Positions 26,590-35,768 of a stretch of 64,000 nt of DNA are shown one piece after another. Made by a program: the position numbers and the translations under genes. This DNA comes from a virus (Duplodnaviria > Caudoviricetes): positions 18,664 through 82,663 of IMG/VR virus record IMGVR_UViG_3300050509_000221; one strand, written 5' to 3'. Position 1 is the stretch's first letter. Every line of letters begins with the position of its first letter. The notes under the pieces were generated by a model. It did not search any database. It was given only the letters and a program-made list of their open reading frames with translations, and was not told where the DNA came from.

Positions 26590-27152
26590 GCGGTGTGCTT
26601 CGCGCGTTGATCCGCCACCTCGTCGCGTTGCTGTGCGACCTGTTCGATGAGCTCGCGGCCTCGTGCTCGTTGCGCTTCGATTTCGACGTGTTCGACGCGG
26701 GCTTCGATCTTCACCGGCTTGTCGAGGCCGAGAAGCCGGGCGGTGCGGTCGTGGGAGGCGTGCATCTTGTCGAGCGCGGCGAGGCGCACGTCGGGCTTCT
26801 GGGCGGGGTCGAGAGCGATCGTCGCTGCGACTTGGCGGGTGCGGTCCAAGATGGCGAGTTGCCGGTCGACGTGCGCCTCGAATGTCTCGGTGGTGCGTTC
26901 ACGCCACTGGCCGCGGATCCAGATGATGTCGCGGTGGATGGTGCCGGTCCCGACATGGAGGGCGTCGGCCATGACGCGTTGCGGGGTGCCCTGGAAGAGC
27001 ATGTCGGCGACAGCTCGTCGGCGGAGCGCGATGCGGTCCTTCTTCGCTCGGCGGTGTGCCTTCGCTTCGCGTTCCGCTTCTCGGTCGGCCCATTCGGCCC
27101 GGAACCGTTGCCACCATTCGCTGTTGTTGAGCGGGGCGATCTCGGCGTTCAT
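26586..27152 (-). CDS. terS: Terminase small subunit, module A
   Basis: HTH (QRVMADALHVGTGTIHRDI) and RTARLLGLDKP; coupled to TerL. Confidence 0.7.
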   Translation of the reverse strand: MNAEIAPLNNSEWWQRFRAEWADREAEREAKAHRRAKKDRIALRRRAVADMLFQGTPQRVMADALHVGTGTIHRDIIWIRGQWRERTTETFEAHVDRQLAILDRTRQVAATIALDPAQKPDVRLAALDKMHASHDRTARLLGLDKPVKIEARVEHVEIEAQRARGRELIEQVAQQRDEVADQRAKHTA

Positions 27153-27424
27153 GCCGCTCGTCGCCGGCGACGCTGGTTCGGGTTGAGGCCACCCCACATG
27201 CCGTGGTCGATCTTGTTCACGACCGCGAAGTCGCGACACGCCGCCCGGACCGGGCACTCGGCGCAGATCCGTTTCGCTTCATGGTCGTACGCGACGGCCC
27301 CCGGGCCTGGTGGTACGAGCTCGGGGAACCAGAGGTCGGGGTTGGGGTGGTCTCGGCAGGCGGCGTCGGTCATCCAGTCGTCGTCGCCGATCGGGGCGAG
27401 GAGTGACAGGGCTGGCCCGGTCAT
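27149..27424 (-). CDS. whiB: WhiB-family transcription factor (1)
   Basis: ACR...AKRICAECPVRAAC...HGMWGG; four Cys and the G-W-G turn. Confidence 0.9.
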   Translation of the reverse strand: MTGPALSLLAPIGDDDWMTDAACRDHPNPDLWFPELVPPGPGAVAYDHEAKRICAECPVRAACRDFAVVNKIDHGMWGGLNPNQRRRRRAA

Positions 27425-27723
27425 GCTGCTGCTCCGGTGACAGCAACGCCGGCGGCTTCCCACAGGCAGTGACGCACCATCGCTTCGGTGTCGCCAAGGT
27501 TGACGGGTTGGGCCTTCACGAGACCGTCGATCATGTCGGACGCGATGGCGTGGGGGTCTCGGTCGAGTCGGATCGAGATGACCACTTGGCTGGGGTGTCG
27601 GCGGAGGGTGCGGTCGCTGTCGACGTGGGGTGGTGAACGAAACGCGGGCGCGACGAGACCGAGTCGGGTGGCCTCGACTTGGAGGCTGCGGGCTATGCGC
27701 GCGAACTCGGTGGCGCTCGTCAC
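27421..27723 (-). CDS. Hypothetical protein, paralog of 37333-37647
   Basis: EFARIAR...PAFRSPP...RTLRR...VISIRL, shared with the second copy. Confidence 0.65.
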   Translation of the reverse strand: MTSATEFARIARSLQVEATRLGLVAPAFRSPPHVDSDRTLRRHPSQVVISIRLDRDPHAIASDMIDGLVKAQPVNLGDTEAMVRHCLWEAAGVAVTGAAA

Positions 27724-27733
27724 ACCATGCGGT

Positions 27734-27988
27734 CTAACCCGTTAGAGCCTCGGGGGGTTGGACTGCGGCGTGGCGGTCACGGAGGTACTCGGCCAGTTTG
27801 CGGAGGGTCCGCATGCTGGGCGGGCCGCCGACATGCCAGTGGGTGGGGTTGAACGGGCAACGGTACGCGGCGATCTGTTCCCCTCGTTCACGTTGGTAGA
27901 CAGCGAGGCGCATCGCGCCGGCACGGGTGCGGCGCTTCTTGCGTCCGCAGACCCACCAGCGGAGCCGGTCGAGCTGCTCGGGTGCCAC
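27734..27988 (-). CDS. Hypothetical protein (Cys/His motif)
   Basis: CGRKKR...AYRCPF...HWHVG motif common in actinophages. Confidence 0.55.
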   Translation of the reverse strand: MAPEQLDRLRWWVCGRKKRRTRAGAMRLAVYQRERGEQIAAYRCPFNPTHWHVGGPPSMRTLRKLAEYLRDRHAAVQPPEALTG

Positions 27989-28160
27989 GATCTGTGCCTC
28001 CCAGTCGGGGACGGTGATCCTCCACCGTCACGCGCCCGACGAGAGGGACCAGCGGTCTAGCCGGGTAGAGCCGGGCGTGGAGGGGTTGCGGGAGCAGAAC
28101 AAATGCCATTGATGGGATTCGTTCCGAGAGTGGCAGAGGCTAGCGGGCGTCAATCGGGCG

Positions 28161-29081
28161 TCACGCCGCGGACTCCTCCGACTCACGTTCACGGTCCGCC
28201 TTGAGGCGCTCGAGCTTCTCCACCAACACCACCTCCGGGGCCTGCTCGGAGAGGTCGATCACCTCGCCCGCGTCGAGACCAAGATGGTGGATCAGACGAC
28301 GAGCCTGGCCGGTCGTGCGACCCCAGATCCCCACCGTGTACGTCGAAGCCAACGCGAGACGGAGACACTCGAACGCGACCGGGCACCGTCCACACACCTC
28401 GAGTGCGGCATCGGCTGGGATGCCCCGCTCCGGGAAGAACGGGGCCTGACGGGTGCGGGCGTCACCGTCGAGATGTCGACATGCCGCGTTGCGTCGCCAC
28501 TGGCCGTCGTCACCATCGACGATCGGCCATGCTCCTGCCGGGTCGTCACCATCCGCGACCACCGGGGGGAACACCCCGACGTGCAACGCGGCGATGCGAT
28601 CCACGGTGCGTTGCCGGGCGAACGGGCGGAGCTCCACAGCCTGGGCATGTGACCCGGCACCGAACACCTCGCGGACCAGTTCTCGTTCGGACCAGCCGGC
28701 GTCACGCAACGCGTCGAGTTGCTCACGGGCCCGGTCCGAGACGACCAGCGCGCCCGCCGCCCGAGGTGATGGCATCACGCCAAGGAGGCGTTCCTTCGTC
28801 GCTGGTCGTACCCGGTCCGCTTCACCCGCGACGATGCGGTAGACGGTCCTGGGTGCGACACCGGCACGGCGGGCGATCTCGGGAAGACCCAACCCTTCGG
28901 ACCGCAACAACTCGAGGTGGGCGCGCACCTGCCCCGGTGGCGCGAGACGCGGGACGGAGATCGCGTCGGGGCGGGCCGCGCGGCGTTTCTCGCCCCGCCA
29001 GTACGCGCGCACCGCGGTCGTGCAGTCCGGGCAGTGGCAGCCGTTCCAGTAGCCACGCACATCACGCGTGCAGTCGCTCAC
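28161..29081 (-). CDS. HTH-WhiB fusion regulator (2)
   Basis: N-terminal CHCPDC, HTH (LPEIARRAGVAPRTVYRI) and C-terminal WhiB (AAC...VCGRCPVAFEC...GIWG). Confidence 0.8.
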   Translation of the reverse strand: MSDCTRDVRGYWNGCHCPDCTTAVRAYWRGEKRRAARPDAISVPRLAPPGQVRAHLELLRSEGLGLPEIARRAGVAPRTVYRIVAGEADRVRPATKERLLGVMPSPRAAGALVVSDRAREQLDALRDAGWSERELVREVFGAGSHAQAVELRPFARQRTVDRIAALHVGVFPPVVADGDDPAGAWPIVDGDDGQWRRNAACRHLDGDARTRQAPFFPERGIPADAALEVCGRCPVAFECLRLALASTYTVGIWGRTTGQARRLIHHLGLDAGEVIDLSEQAPEVVLVEKLERLKADRERESEESAA

Positions 29082-29126
29082 CGTGTTCCTACCCTCCTGT
29101 CTTCATGAACGAGGCGACGGGCGCGC

Positions 29127-29549
29127 TCATGGGGTGTGCTCCCCACCAGCCGCCCCACGGCGACGCGCGCCGGGCCATACGCGAGCAACCATCGCGTGGT
29201 GTCCAGCTCTGGCTTCTTCGATCGTCGCGTAACGGTCCTGCTCGCCGTCGAGATCGCCACCGAACACCATCGTCTCGAAGATGACCGGAGGACCCTGCCC
29301 CCACGAGTGGTCGATGCCGATCCACGTGGTCGACACCACGACCCCGTGATGTTGCGTCAACCCGACGCGTGTCGGGTCGTCATCAGGCGTCGACCACTCG
29401 CCGCCGCCGCGCAGCCTTGCCAGCTTCAACGCCATCCACTGGTCGCCGTCGATGGGCTGTCCAGCGAGGTCGTAGTAGTCACTCACGTCCGGGTCTCCGC
29501 GTTTCCCATTTTCATTGCTCCTGTTCTTAGGTTGGGTTGAGAACCCCAC
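29127..29549 (-). CDS. Conserved phage hypothetical protein (true start probably downstream of 29549)
   Basis: VSTTWIGIDH...IFETMVFGG...RYATIEEARAGH. Confidence 0.65.
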   Translation of the reverse strand: MGFSTQPKNRSNENGKRGDPDVSDYYDLAGQPIDGDQWMALKLARLRGGGEWSTPDDDPTRVGLTQHHGVVVSTTWIGIDHSWGQGPPVIFETMVFGGDLDGEQDRYATIEEARAGHHAMVARVWPGARRRGAAGGEHTP

Positions 29550-29955
29550 CAGACGCGGGTGCGTTCTTCACGCGCCACAACACGGGAGGCTCGCTTCTGA
29601 CGATGTGATGCCCCTCGCTCGGCTCCATCGTTTCTGTGATGTGGAGTGGCAGGGTGCTCTCACCAGAACCACCACAGACCGAACATGAGTCGAACACGCG
29701 AATAGGCGCACCCGCAGCGAGGGACGCTCCTTGGTCGATACGACTCTCGCCCTCACCTGTTCCCCCGCACGTTTCGCATGGGGCTTTGACAGCGAACACC
29801 GCACGTAGAGCAACGCGCTGGGCAACCCTCATGCGCTCCCGTACGTCCTCGCTAGTTGCAGCCCACGTCAACGACGCAGGCGTCCCGTCGCTCCACGTCT
29901 GTCCCTCGTACCACGCTTTTGCGCCTGCTTCGATGAGTGCAGGGTGAATGTCCAT
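29527..29955 (-). CDS. Protein with two DnaJ-type CxxCxGxG motifs
   Basis: CETCGGTG and CSVCGGSG; visibly lower GC than its flanks. Confidence 0.55.
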   Translation of the reverse strand: MDIHPALIEAGAKAWYEGQTWSDGTPASLTWAATSEDVRERMRVAQRVALRAVFAVKAPCETCGGTGEGESRIDQGASLAAGAPIRVFDSCSVCGGSGESTLPLHITETMEPSEGHHIVRSEPPVLWRVKNAPASGGVLNPT

Positions 29956-30112
29956 CACGCTTCCTCCACACGATGTGGCCCAACGTTCGGGACGATCCGA
30001 TCCCACACCCGACGCAACACCTCGGCCCGCTCGCGGGTGTGCGTGTTCAACGAGTGCGGGGTGCCGTCCGCGCGGACAACCCGATACCTGACATCCAGCA
30101 GAGCTGGCGTGC

Positions 30113-31258
30113 TCACCTGGACTCCTCAAGACAAAGAGACGCGAGAACCGCGTGCGCGAGCCGCGGCGGAATCGCGTTGCCGATCTGCTCAAACTGCTTC
30201 GTCTTCGTACCCTGCACCGGGTAGTCGGGACGGAACGATTGCAGGATCAGCGCATCACGGACGGTGAGCTTGATCGGCTCGACACCGGTACCTTCCCCTG
30301 CGGCTGCGGCTGCGGCGTCGAGCGCGTCGCGTCCTTGCATCCCGTCGTCGTGATGGCAACGCGGCGACACACGCGGGTCACCACCCAGCGTCGTGGACGG
30401 CTGTTCCCACCACCACTGGCCCCCCGCCTTCGCCGAGAGCGCGGGCGCGGGCGCGGAACCATCGCGCGTCTGACGATTGCCGTCCTCGTCCTGACCGCGG
30501 TTCGTGTGCAACGTGAAGCGCCAGTTGCCGTTGTCGGCCGCCGACGTGATCGTCGGAGCCGGCTGCACATCGTCTCGCACACACCCGTTGCTTTGGTTGT
30601 GGTCTCCGAAGCGGAACCCTGACCAGCCGAGAGCTTCGGCCATCGACACCCACGGGGCGAGCTCACCCAACAACGTCGACGCGCCACCCCGACAATGCGT
30701 CGGCACCGGAGGCACCACCTGACGGCGACGGTGCGCCATCAAGATCGCCCGCCGGCGGGTCTGTGGCACCCCGTAATCCGCCGCGTTCAACACCCCACAC
30801 CACACCGACCAACCCAACGCCTGGAGCGTCTGGCGGTACTGCTCCCACACCGGGACCACATCAGGGACCTGCTCGAGCGCGATCCATTCGGGCACCAACG
30901 TCAACGCGTAGCGGAGCGGCTCGAGGACGAGACCGGTACGGGGATCGTCGAAGTCGGGAGCCGGATGCCAGCCGGTGACACACGACCGGACATGGTCGAT
31001 GACCTTCGCGAGGTCAGCGATCCCAGAGCGGTTCCCCGCCGTGGAGAACGTCTGGCATGGCGGCGACGCGATCAACCCCGACACGCGGCGGTACGCGGCA
31101 AGGTTGAGTGCGGCGACATCGGCGCGCATGGTCGCGTGGCCGGCTGCGGCGCGTGTCGCGCACGCAGCGGCGTCGGTCTCGATGCCGAGCGGGTACAGCT
31201 TGAGGGGCCGGGCGCCCTCGTCCCAGCCTCCCGGACCTCCGAACGGGTTGACGATCAC
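30113..31258 (-). CDS. DNA (cytosine-5) methyltransferase
   Basis: Motif I FGGPGG, IV SPPCQ, VI EQV, VIII QTRRR, X QIGNAIPP. Confidence 0.9.
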   Translation of the reverse strand: MIVNPFGGPGGWDEGARPLKLYPLGIETDAAACATRAAAGHATMRADVAALNLAAYRRVSGLIASPPCQTFSTAGNRSGIADLAKVIDHVRSCVTGWHPAPDFDDPRTGLVLEPLRYALTLVPEWIALEQVPDVVPVWEQYRQTLQALGWSVWCGVLNAADYGVPQTRRRAILMAHRRRQVVPPVPTHCRGGASTLLGELAPWVSMAEALGWSGFRFGDHNQSNGCVRDDVQPAPTITSAADNGNWRFTLHTNRGQDEDGNRQTRDGSAPAPALSAKAGGQWWWEQPSTTLGGDPRVSPRCHHDDGMQGRDALDAAAAAAGEGTGVEPIKLTVRDALILQSFRPDYPVQGTKTKQFEQIGNAIPPRLAHAVLASLCLEESR

Positions 31259-31285
31259 GTCGCACCCCGGCGCGACACTCCGTGG

Positions 31286-31510
31286 GTGGAGATCCCCGAC
31301 GACGACACCGCGATGCTCGAGCTCGCCGCCACGTACGGCCTGACCCTCGTCGAAGAGACGCGCGACGGTGTGGTGGTGTGGTCGTGTCGGGATGAGCGAC
31401 GGTCGTGGCAGCCGTACGCGTTGGAGCGGCAGATCACCGTCGACCTGATCCGTGAGCGGGTGCGCCAGCTCGGGCATGACCCGCGGCCGATGGACCAGCG
31501 TCCCGGCTGA
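31286..31510 (+). CDS. Small hypothetical protein on the opposite strand
   Basis: VEIPDDDTAMLELAATYGL... has protein-like composition, while the overlapping minus-strand reading looks like a shadow. Confidence 0.45.
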   Translation: MEIPDDDTAMLELAATYGLTLVEETRDGVVVWSCRDERRSWQPYALERQITVDLIRERVRQLGHDPRPMDQRPG

Positions 31511-31517
31511 CGGCCGC

Positions 31518-32252
31518 TCATTGCGTCCAGTCCTTCTCGGTGGGATACCAGATCACGTCCCGTCTCCTGTCGGCACGGTCGTCCTCCCACTTCGGGTACC
31601 AGAGACCGGGACGGCCTCGCATCGGAACCGGCGCGCATGTGCCACGCCCGTCGCACGTCGGGCACCGCTCGGCGTGCAGGTCGTACGACTCGTCGGGAAC
31701 GAGCAGAGTTGTCCCCCAGCAGTGGGGGCATCGACGAGACGTCGGCTCCACATCCGACAGAATCCAGGCGAAGTTCCCCGGCGAGAAGTCGCCGAACGGG
31801 CGTTGGTCCTCGATGCGAGTGCGAGTGCAGACGTCATAGCCGCCGTCAGCGCGGAAGCTGCCGGTGAGCCACAGTCCGCCCTGCTGGTGAGCGAGAGGTC
31901 CGTCGTGCGGATAGTCCGCGATACGGGCGCGCGCCCGGTCGGGGTAGCCATGACCGCTGGTGATCGGGACGCAGTCCTCAACGACGCAGGACGCCACCAC
32001 CGCACCAAGCGTCAGGACGTGCTCGACGTACGGGACGTTGCCCACGGTCCACATCTTCGGGACGGAACCGATCCATCCCCACGCCCAGCCGCCCGCTTCA
32101 CCCATCGAGCGGAACGTCGAGCCCGCGTGGAGTCGGAGTCGTCCCCCGATCAACTCCGGAGGACACGCCGACGACCGAGTGAGCATCGAGACGACACCAG
32201 CCTCGACGAGCGCAGGGAGCGGCTGGGTGAGAGTGAGCGCAGGAACGGTCAC
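31518..32252 (-). CDS. ASCH-like domain protein with Zn-ribbon insert
   Basis: ALTLTQP...RLRLHAG...FAWILSDV...PVPMRGRPGLW; RCPHC and RCPTC inserted. Confidence 0.65.
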   Translation of the reverse strand: MTVPALTLTQPLPALVEAGVVSMLTRSSACPPELIGGRLRLHAGSTFRSMGEAGGWAWGWIGSVPKMWTVGNVPYVEHVLTLGAVVASCVVEDCVPITSGHGYPDRARARIADYPHDGPLAHQQGGLWLTGSFRADGGYDVCTRTRIEDQRPFGDFSPGNFAWILSDVEPTSRRCPHCWGTTLLVPDESYDLHAERCPTCDGRGTCAPVPMRGRPGLWYPKWEDDRADRRRDVIWYPTEKDWTQ

Positions 32253-32560
32253 GACGCGTCCCCGATCGCTTCGATGCGCGCCACCGGGTTCGGTTCGGAC
32301 CAGTCGACAGGGGCCGAACGCTCGATGGTCACATTCGCCCCGTACCGAGCGAAAAGTCGAGCGCGAGCGGTCGCACCCGAGAGCGAGAAGTACGAGCGCA
32401 CCCGCGGCCACCGGAACGGAGCGGTCTCGTCCAGAGTGAACCACTCCGGCTCCCAGCCTTCGGGTTCCCAGCCGGGCGCGTCGCTGCCTTCCGGGTACTC
32501 GACCACCAGGCGGTACACGAACATCGACCGGGGCTCAGTGAGCGCAGGAACGTCAGTCAT
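32249..32560 (-). CDS. Hypothetical protein
   Basis: Coupled ORF bounded by a 16-bp direct repeat. Confidence 0.55.
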   Translation of the reverse strand: MTDVPALTEPRSMFVYRLVVEYPEGSDAPGWEPEGWEPEWFTLDETAPFRWPRVRSYFSLSGATARARLFARYGANVTIERSAPVDWSEPNPVARIEAIGDAS

Positions 32561-32757
32561 CGGCGAGCCTCGAACTTGTCGTACAGCACGCCCCACAACG
32601 GAGTGCAGCAGCCGACCGCGACGGCAACGTTCCTGAGGATGCGCCGACGATTCCGGCGCGCACGGTCCTTGCGCTCCCACTCCGCAAGTCGAATGGCCGC
32701 CTCCACCATGCTCAGGGGATCGCGCGTCGGTCGCTCACCCATTGGTGGGTTCCCCAC
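32557..32757 (-). CDS. Small membrane-associated hypothetical protein
   Basis: Coupled ORF with a basic stretch followed by a hydrophobic stretch. Confidence 0.45.
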   Translation of the reverse strand: MGNPPMGERPTRDPLSMVEAAIRLAEWERKDRARRNRRRILRNVAVAVGCCTPLWGVLYDKFEARR

Positions 32758-33514
32758 CAGAAAGCGCGGCAGCCAGCGCGGTGTGGGCGTTACCGAGGGT
32801 CGCTGTCATGATCTCCAACCGGTGACGAGCGAGCTTCACGGCCTGGTCATCGGTAACGACGGCCTTGACCGCCGCGAGTACGTCGTCACGCGACACGTAC
32901 CCCCACACCGAACGGTCGGCGTTCGACCATGTCGCGATCGGGATGCCTGTTGCTTCCTCGGCCGCAGCGACCTTGGCGCGCAGCTCCGCCAGCGCCTCGA
33001 CTCCCGACTCGCGCTCACCCTCGGCGCGACCTCGTTCGTGACCACGATCGAACCCACGGGACTCCGCCCGCTGCAACGCGCCGGACCCGGCGTCCTGTGC
33101 GGCGCGCAGTAGGCCGATGGACTGCGACCAAGTGAACGGTTCGCGCCCATGCCTCTGTGCCTGGACGACCACCGACGCAACTCCGGCCGACACCCCGAGC
33201 AGCCCCCATGCAGGCGGTAGCTCGTCACGCACCTTTGCCGTCATCTCAGACGGCACCGCGAGCCAGAAACGATCCGAGTGCGTCCACCAGCCATCCGCTT
33301 TGCCGATGTCCGCGAGTTCCTTGCGCCAGTCGGTCATCGACACCTTGATCTCAACGGCATCGACAGCGAACCCGCGGGACTTCCAGGCCGAGATCGCGAC
33401 CAGGTCGATCTTGCGTCCCTGCCGCGACGGGTCGAGCGGTGCTTCCTCGATCACCACGTAGTCGCCATCGGGCCACCGCTTATGCAGCGCCTCGCGAATC
33501 TCCGCCGCGTTCAC
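32735..33514 (-). CDS. PD-(D/E)XK nuclease-like protein (MmcB-like)
   Basis: KIDLVAI...AVEIKVSMTDWRKEL...DRFWLAVP. Confidence 0.7.
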   Translation of the reverse strand: MNAAEIREALHKRWPDGDYVVIEEAPLDPSRQGRKIDLVAISAWKSRGFAVDAVEIKVSMTDWRKELADIGKADGWWTHSDRFWLAVPSEMTAKVRDELPPAWGLLGVSAGVASVVVQAQRHGREPFTWSQSIGLLRAAQDAGSGALQRAESRGFDRGHERGRAEGERESGVEALAELRAKVAAAEEATGIPIATWSNADRSVWGYVSRDDVLAAVKAVVTDDQAVKLARHRLEIMTATLGNAHTALAAALSGGEPTNG

Positions 33515-34299
33515 TGTTCCTCCTCTGTGTCGTACCGATCCCCGACCCCGAAATCGAGCACTCCCTGCGCGAGACGCTTCGCAGCGATCTCGCAGTACCG
33601 CTCGTCGGCTTCGACCGCGATGGACCGGCATCCGTGTTGCTTCGCCGCGAGCGACGCCGATCCCGCGCCAGCGAAGAGGTCGAGCACGGTCCCGCCTGGA
33701 GGGCAGGAGTAGCGAACCAGTGGCTCGAGGATGCCGAGCGGCTTCTGCGTCGGGTGCAGCGCACGTCCGTGCTCGGAGCGGCAATAGATCACCGACCGCT
33801 GCAGCCGCGGCCCGCCATCCTCGGAGCGGTACACGTTGTCACCAGTCGCGCCGTGCCACTGCGGCGGGCGGGCCTTCTTGCGAACCGTCCGCGCTGTCGC
33901 GTCAGGCGTAGTGACAACCGCCCGATAGATGTTCGCCCATTCACCCCGGTACCACTGCACCGCCAACTCGTGAACACGGCGGAACCGATCGGCGTGGAAG
34001 TTGGAGCCGTTGTGCTTCTCCCACACGACCTCCTGGGCGATCGACCACTGTGCGAACTCGTCGCTTCGATCGAGGAACATGCGTAGCGACCCGAAGCACC
34101 ACAGGGGCGCCGACCTCGGAACCTGTTGAGCGACGGCTTGCGGCCACGAGTCGGGCCAACGGTCCCACTGCAGGTTCGTCTCCGCGTACGGCGGGTCCGC
34201 GATAACGGCGTCGATTGACAAGGTGTCGATGAGCGCGAGCACGCACACCGCGTCGCCGTGGTAGATCGTGATGCCACCCTCGTCGTAATACGGCTTCAC
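33511..34299 (-). CDS. DNA N6-adenine/N4-cytosine methyltransferase (beta class)
   Basis: IADPPY motif IV, then HPTQKP and VLDLFAGAGS motif I. Confidence 0.9.
   Translation of the reverse strand: MKPYYDEGGITIYHGDAVCVLALIDTLSIDAVIADPPYAETNLQWDRWPDSWPQAVAQQVPRSAPLWCFGSLRMFLDRSDEFAQWSIAQEVVWEKHNGSNFHADRFRRVHELAVQWYRGEWANIYRAVVTTPDATARTVRKKARPPQWHGATGDNVYRSEDGGPRLQRSVIYCRSEHGRALHPTQKPLGILEPLVRYSCPPGGTVLDLFAGAGSASLAAKQHGCRSIAVEADERYCEIAAKRLAQGVLDFGVGDRYDTEEEQ
33529..33545. repeat. 17-bp direct repeat GTCGTACCGATCCCCGA, copy 1
   Basis: Identical copy at 34311-34327; the pair flanks the methyltransferase. Confidence 0.8.
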
Positions 34300-34310
34300 G
34301 AGTCGTCCTC

Positions 34311-34327
34311 GTCGTACCGATCCCCGA
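34311..34327. repeat. 17-bp direct repeat, copy 2
   Basis: Identical to 33529-33545. Confidence 0.8.
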
Positions 34328-34399
34328 ACGCGTACGCGACTGCCACACCCACCGCCGCGCCGAACACGACGACCGCAACCGCGACCACCACACGACGCA

Positions 34400-34582
34400 T
34401 CACGACGCGTCCGTCCGCTTGCGGACACGGCGCTCGATCTCTCGGTTCAGCACGATGCCCGCGGCCGCGAAATGCAACGCCAGATCGAGCCACACAACCG
34501 GGTTGCCGAGATCGTCATGTCCGGGGTCAGCGAACGGGAACACTCCGAACAGCGCCACCCACAACAGAACCAGCGTCGTCAT
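34400..34582 (-). CDS. Small membrane protein
   Basis: MTTLVLLWVALFGVFPF..., two hydrophobic segments; TGATG overlap. Confidence 0.5.
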   Translation of the reverse strand: MTTLVLLWVALFGVFPFADPGHDDLGNPVVWLDLALHFAAAGIVLNREIERRVRKRTDAS

Positions 34583-35097
34583 CAGCAGGCGTCCCAGTTG
34601 GAGCACCCGGCACCGTTCGCCCACAGGGCACGCGCCGCGGCGTCTTGCTGCTCGGGTGTCGCCGTCGACAAGTCCAACGGTAAGCCGAGCTTCCCGGCCC
34701 ACTCGCCCGAGAACTGCCACGCGCCGTAGCAGCCGCGGCCACCACAACCCGTCGGGTTGTACGCGTTGTAGTCGCCGCCGCTCTCGCGTGCCTTCACTGA
34801 GCACGGCGGCAGATCACCGCCGCACGCGTCACCGATCACGTTCGGCACAGGCGCGGCAGGCGCGCTCGGCACCACGACCGGCGGGGCTGGTATTTCGATC
34901 TCTGGTGGGGCTACAGGCATGGGTTCCGGTTCCGGCGCGAGCGTCGTCGTCGTTGAACTTGTCGTGGTGGTCAAACTCGTGGTGGTGGGAGTCGCGACGG
35001 TCCGTTCAGACGACGGATCGTGAACGGACACGACCGCGATGACAGCCACGCACACCACGCAACCGATGACGATGGACTTCCAAGGTGAAAAGGACAC
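34582..35097 (-). CDS. Membrane-anchored Rpf-like lytic transglycosylase
   Basis: N-terminal TM helix, Thr/Pro linker and domain KARESGGDY...YGAWQF...ATPEQQDAAA...W..C with the catalytic Glu. Confidence 0.85.
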   Translation of the reverse strand: MSFSPWKSIVIGCVVCVAVIAVVSVHDPSSERTVATPTTTSLTTTTSSTTTTLAPEPEPMPVAPPEIEIPAPPVVVPSAPAAPVPNVIGDACGGDLPPCSVKARESGGDYNAYNPTGCGGRGCYGAWQFSGEWAGKLGLPLDLSTATPEQQDAAARALWANGAGCSNWDAC

Positions 35098-35159
35098 GGG
35101 TCACGGCGACTCCTGAGAGACGATGGGATCCTCCCGCGCGGCGGGGCTTCCAGAACGTG

Positions 35160-35768
35160 TCAGACGAGACGCGCACCGGCCGCTGACGGGTCGAACTCCG
35201 TCGGCCAGAGCGTCAACTGCGAATAGTTGGCGCCCCCGAGGTTGGCGCCCCTGAGGTTGGCGTCCCTGAGGTCGGCGTCCCTGAGGTCGGCGTCCCCGAG
35301 GTTGGCGCCCCTGAGGTTGGCGTCCCCGAGGTCGGCGCCCCTGAGGTCGGCGTCCCCGAGGTAGGCGCCCCTGAGGTCGGCGTCCCTGAGGTAGGCGCCC
35401 ACGTCGTAGCGCGTGTCCTTCCACGCGGCGATGGCACGCACCGCGGCGAGAACCCGCGGGTACCACTCGCCAGGCTCCTGCCCGAGTGCCCACGCGACCA
35501 CGACATCGGGCACCCACCAGGTGTCGAGCACGCCTGTTTCACCGGCGCGTACCAGCTCGGCGCGTTGCTTGGCGGTGACACCCGGCGCGTCGTTCGCGGT
35601 GATCGCCGCCGAGTTGATGATCCGGTTGGCGCACGCGAGGCGATCGGACCATGCGTCGCCGTTCACCCACGACAGCGCGGTCATCGTGCATGCGGTCTGT
35701 TCGCCGTCGCCTGTCCCGGCGATGAGGTCGAACTTCGCGAGTGCTTCGTCGATGGTGTGAGCGGTCAT
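35160..35768 (-). CDS. Pentapeptide-repeat protein
   Basis: About 12 A(D/N/Y)Lxx repeats near the C-terminus. Confidence 0.85.
   Translation of the reverse strand: MTAHTIDEALAKFDLIAGTGDGEQTACTMTALSWVNGDAWSDRLACANRIINSAAITANDAPGVTAKQRAELVRAGETGVLDTWWVPDVVVAWALGQEPGEWYPRVLAAVRAIAAWKDTRYDVGAYLRDADLRGAYLGDADLRGADLGDANLRGANLGDADLRDADLRDANLRGANLGGANYSQLTLWPTEFDPSAAGARLV
35218..35400. repeat. 15-bp tandem repeats encoding the pentapeptides
   Basis: Repeated gcg(c/t)ccc(t/c)gaggt(t/c/a)g units. Confidence 0.85.

Noticed and set aside
31259-31477. N-terminal extension of the C5 methyltransferase in the ORF track
   Set aside because: Motif I lies right after GTG 31258; the extension reads as the shadow of a plus-strand ORF (31286-31510).
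35218-35400. Regular repeats that could be taken for a CRISPR array
   Set aside because: They are contiguous 15-bp units with no spacers, in frame within a pentapeptide-repeat gene; no cas genes are visible.
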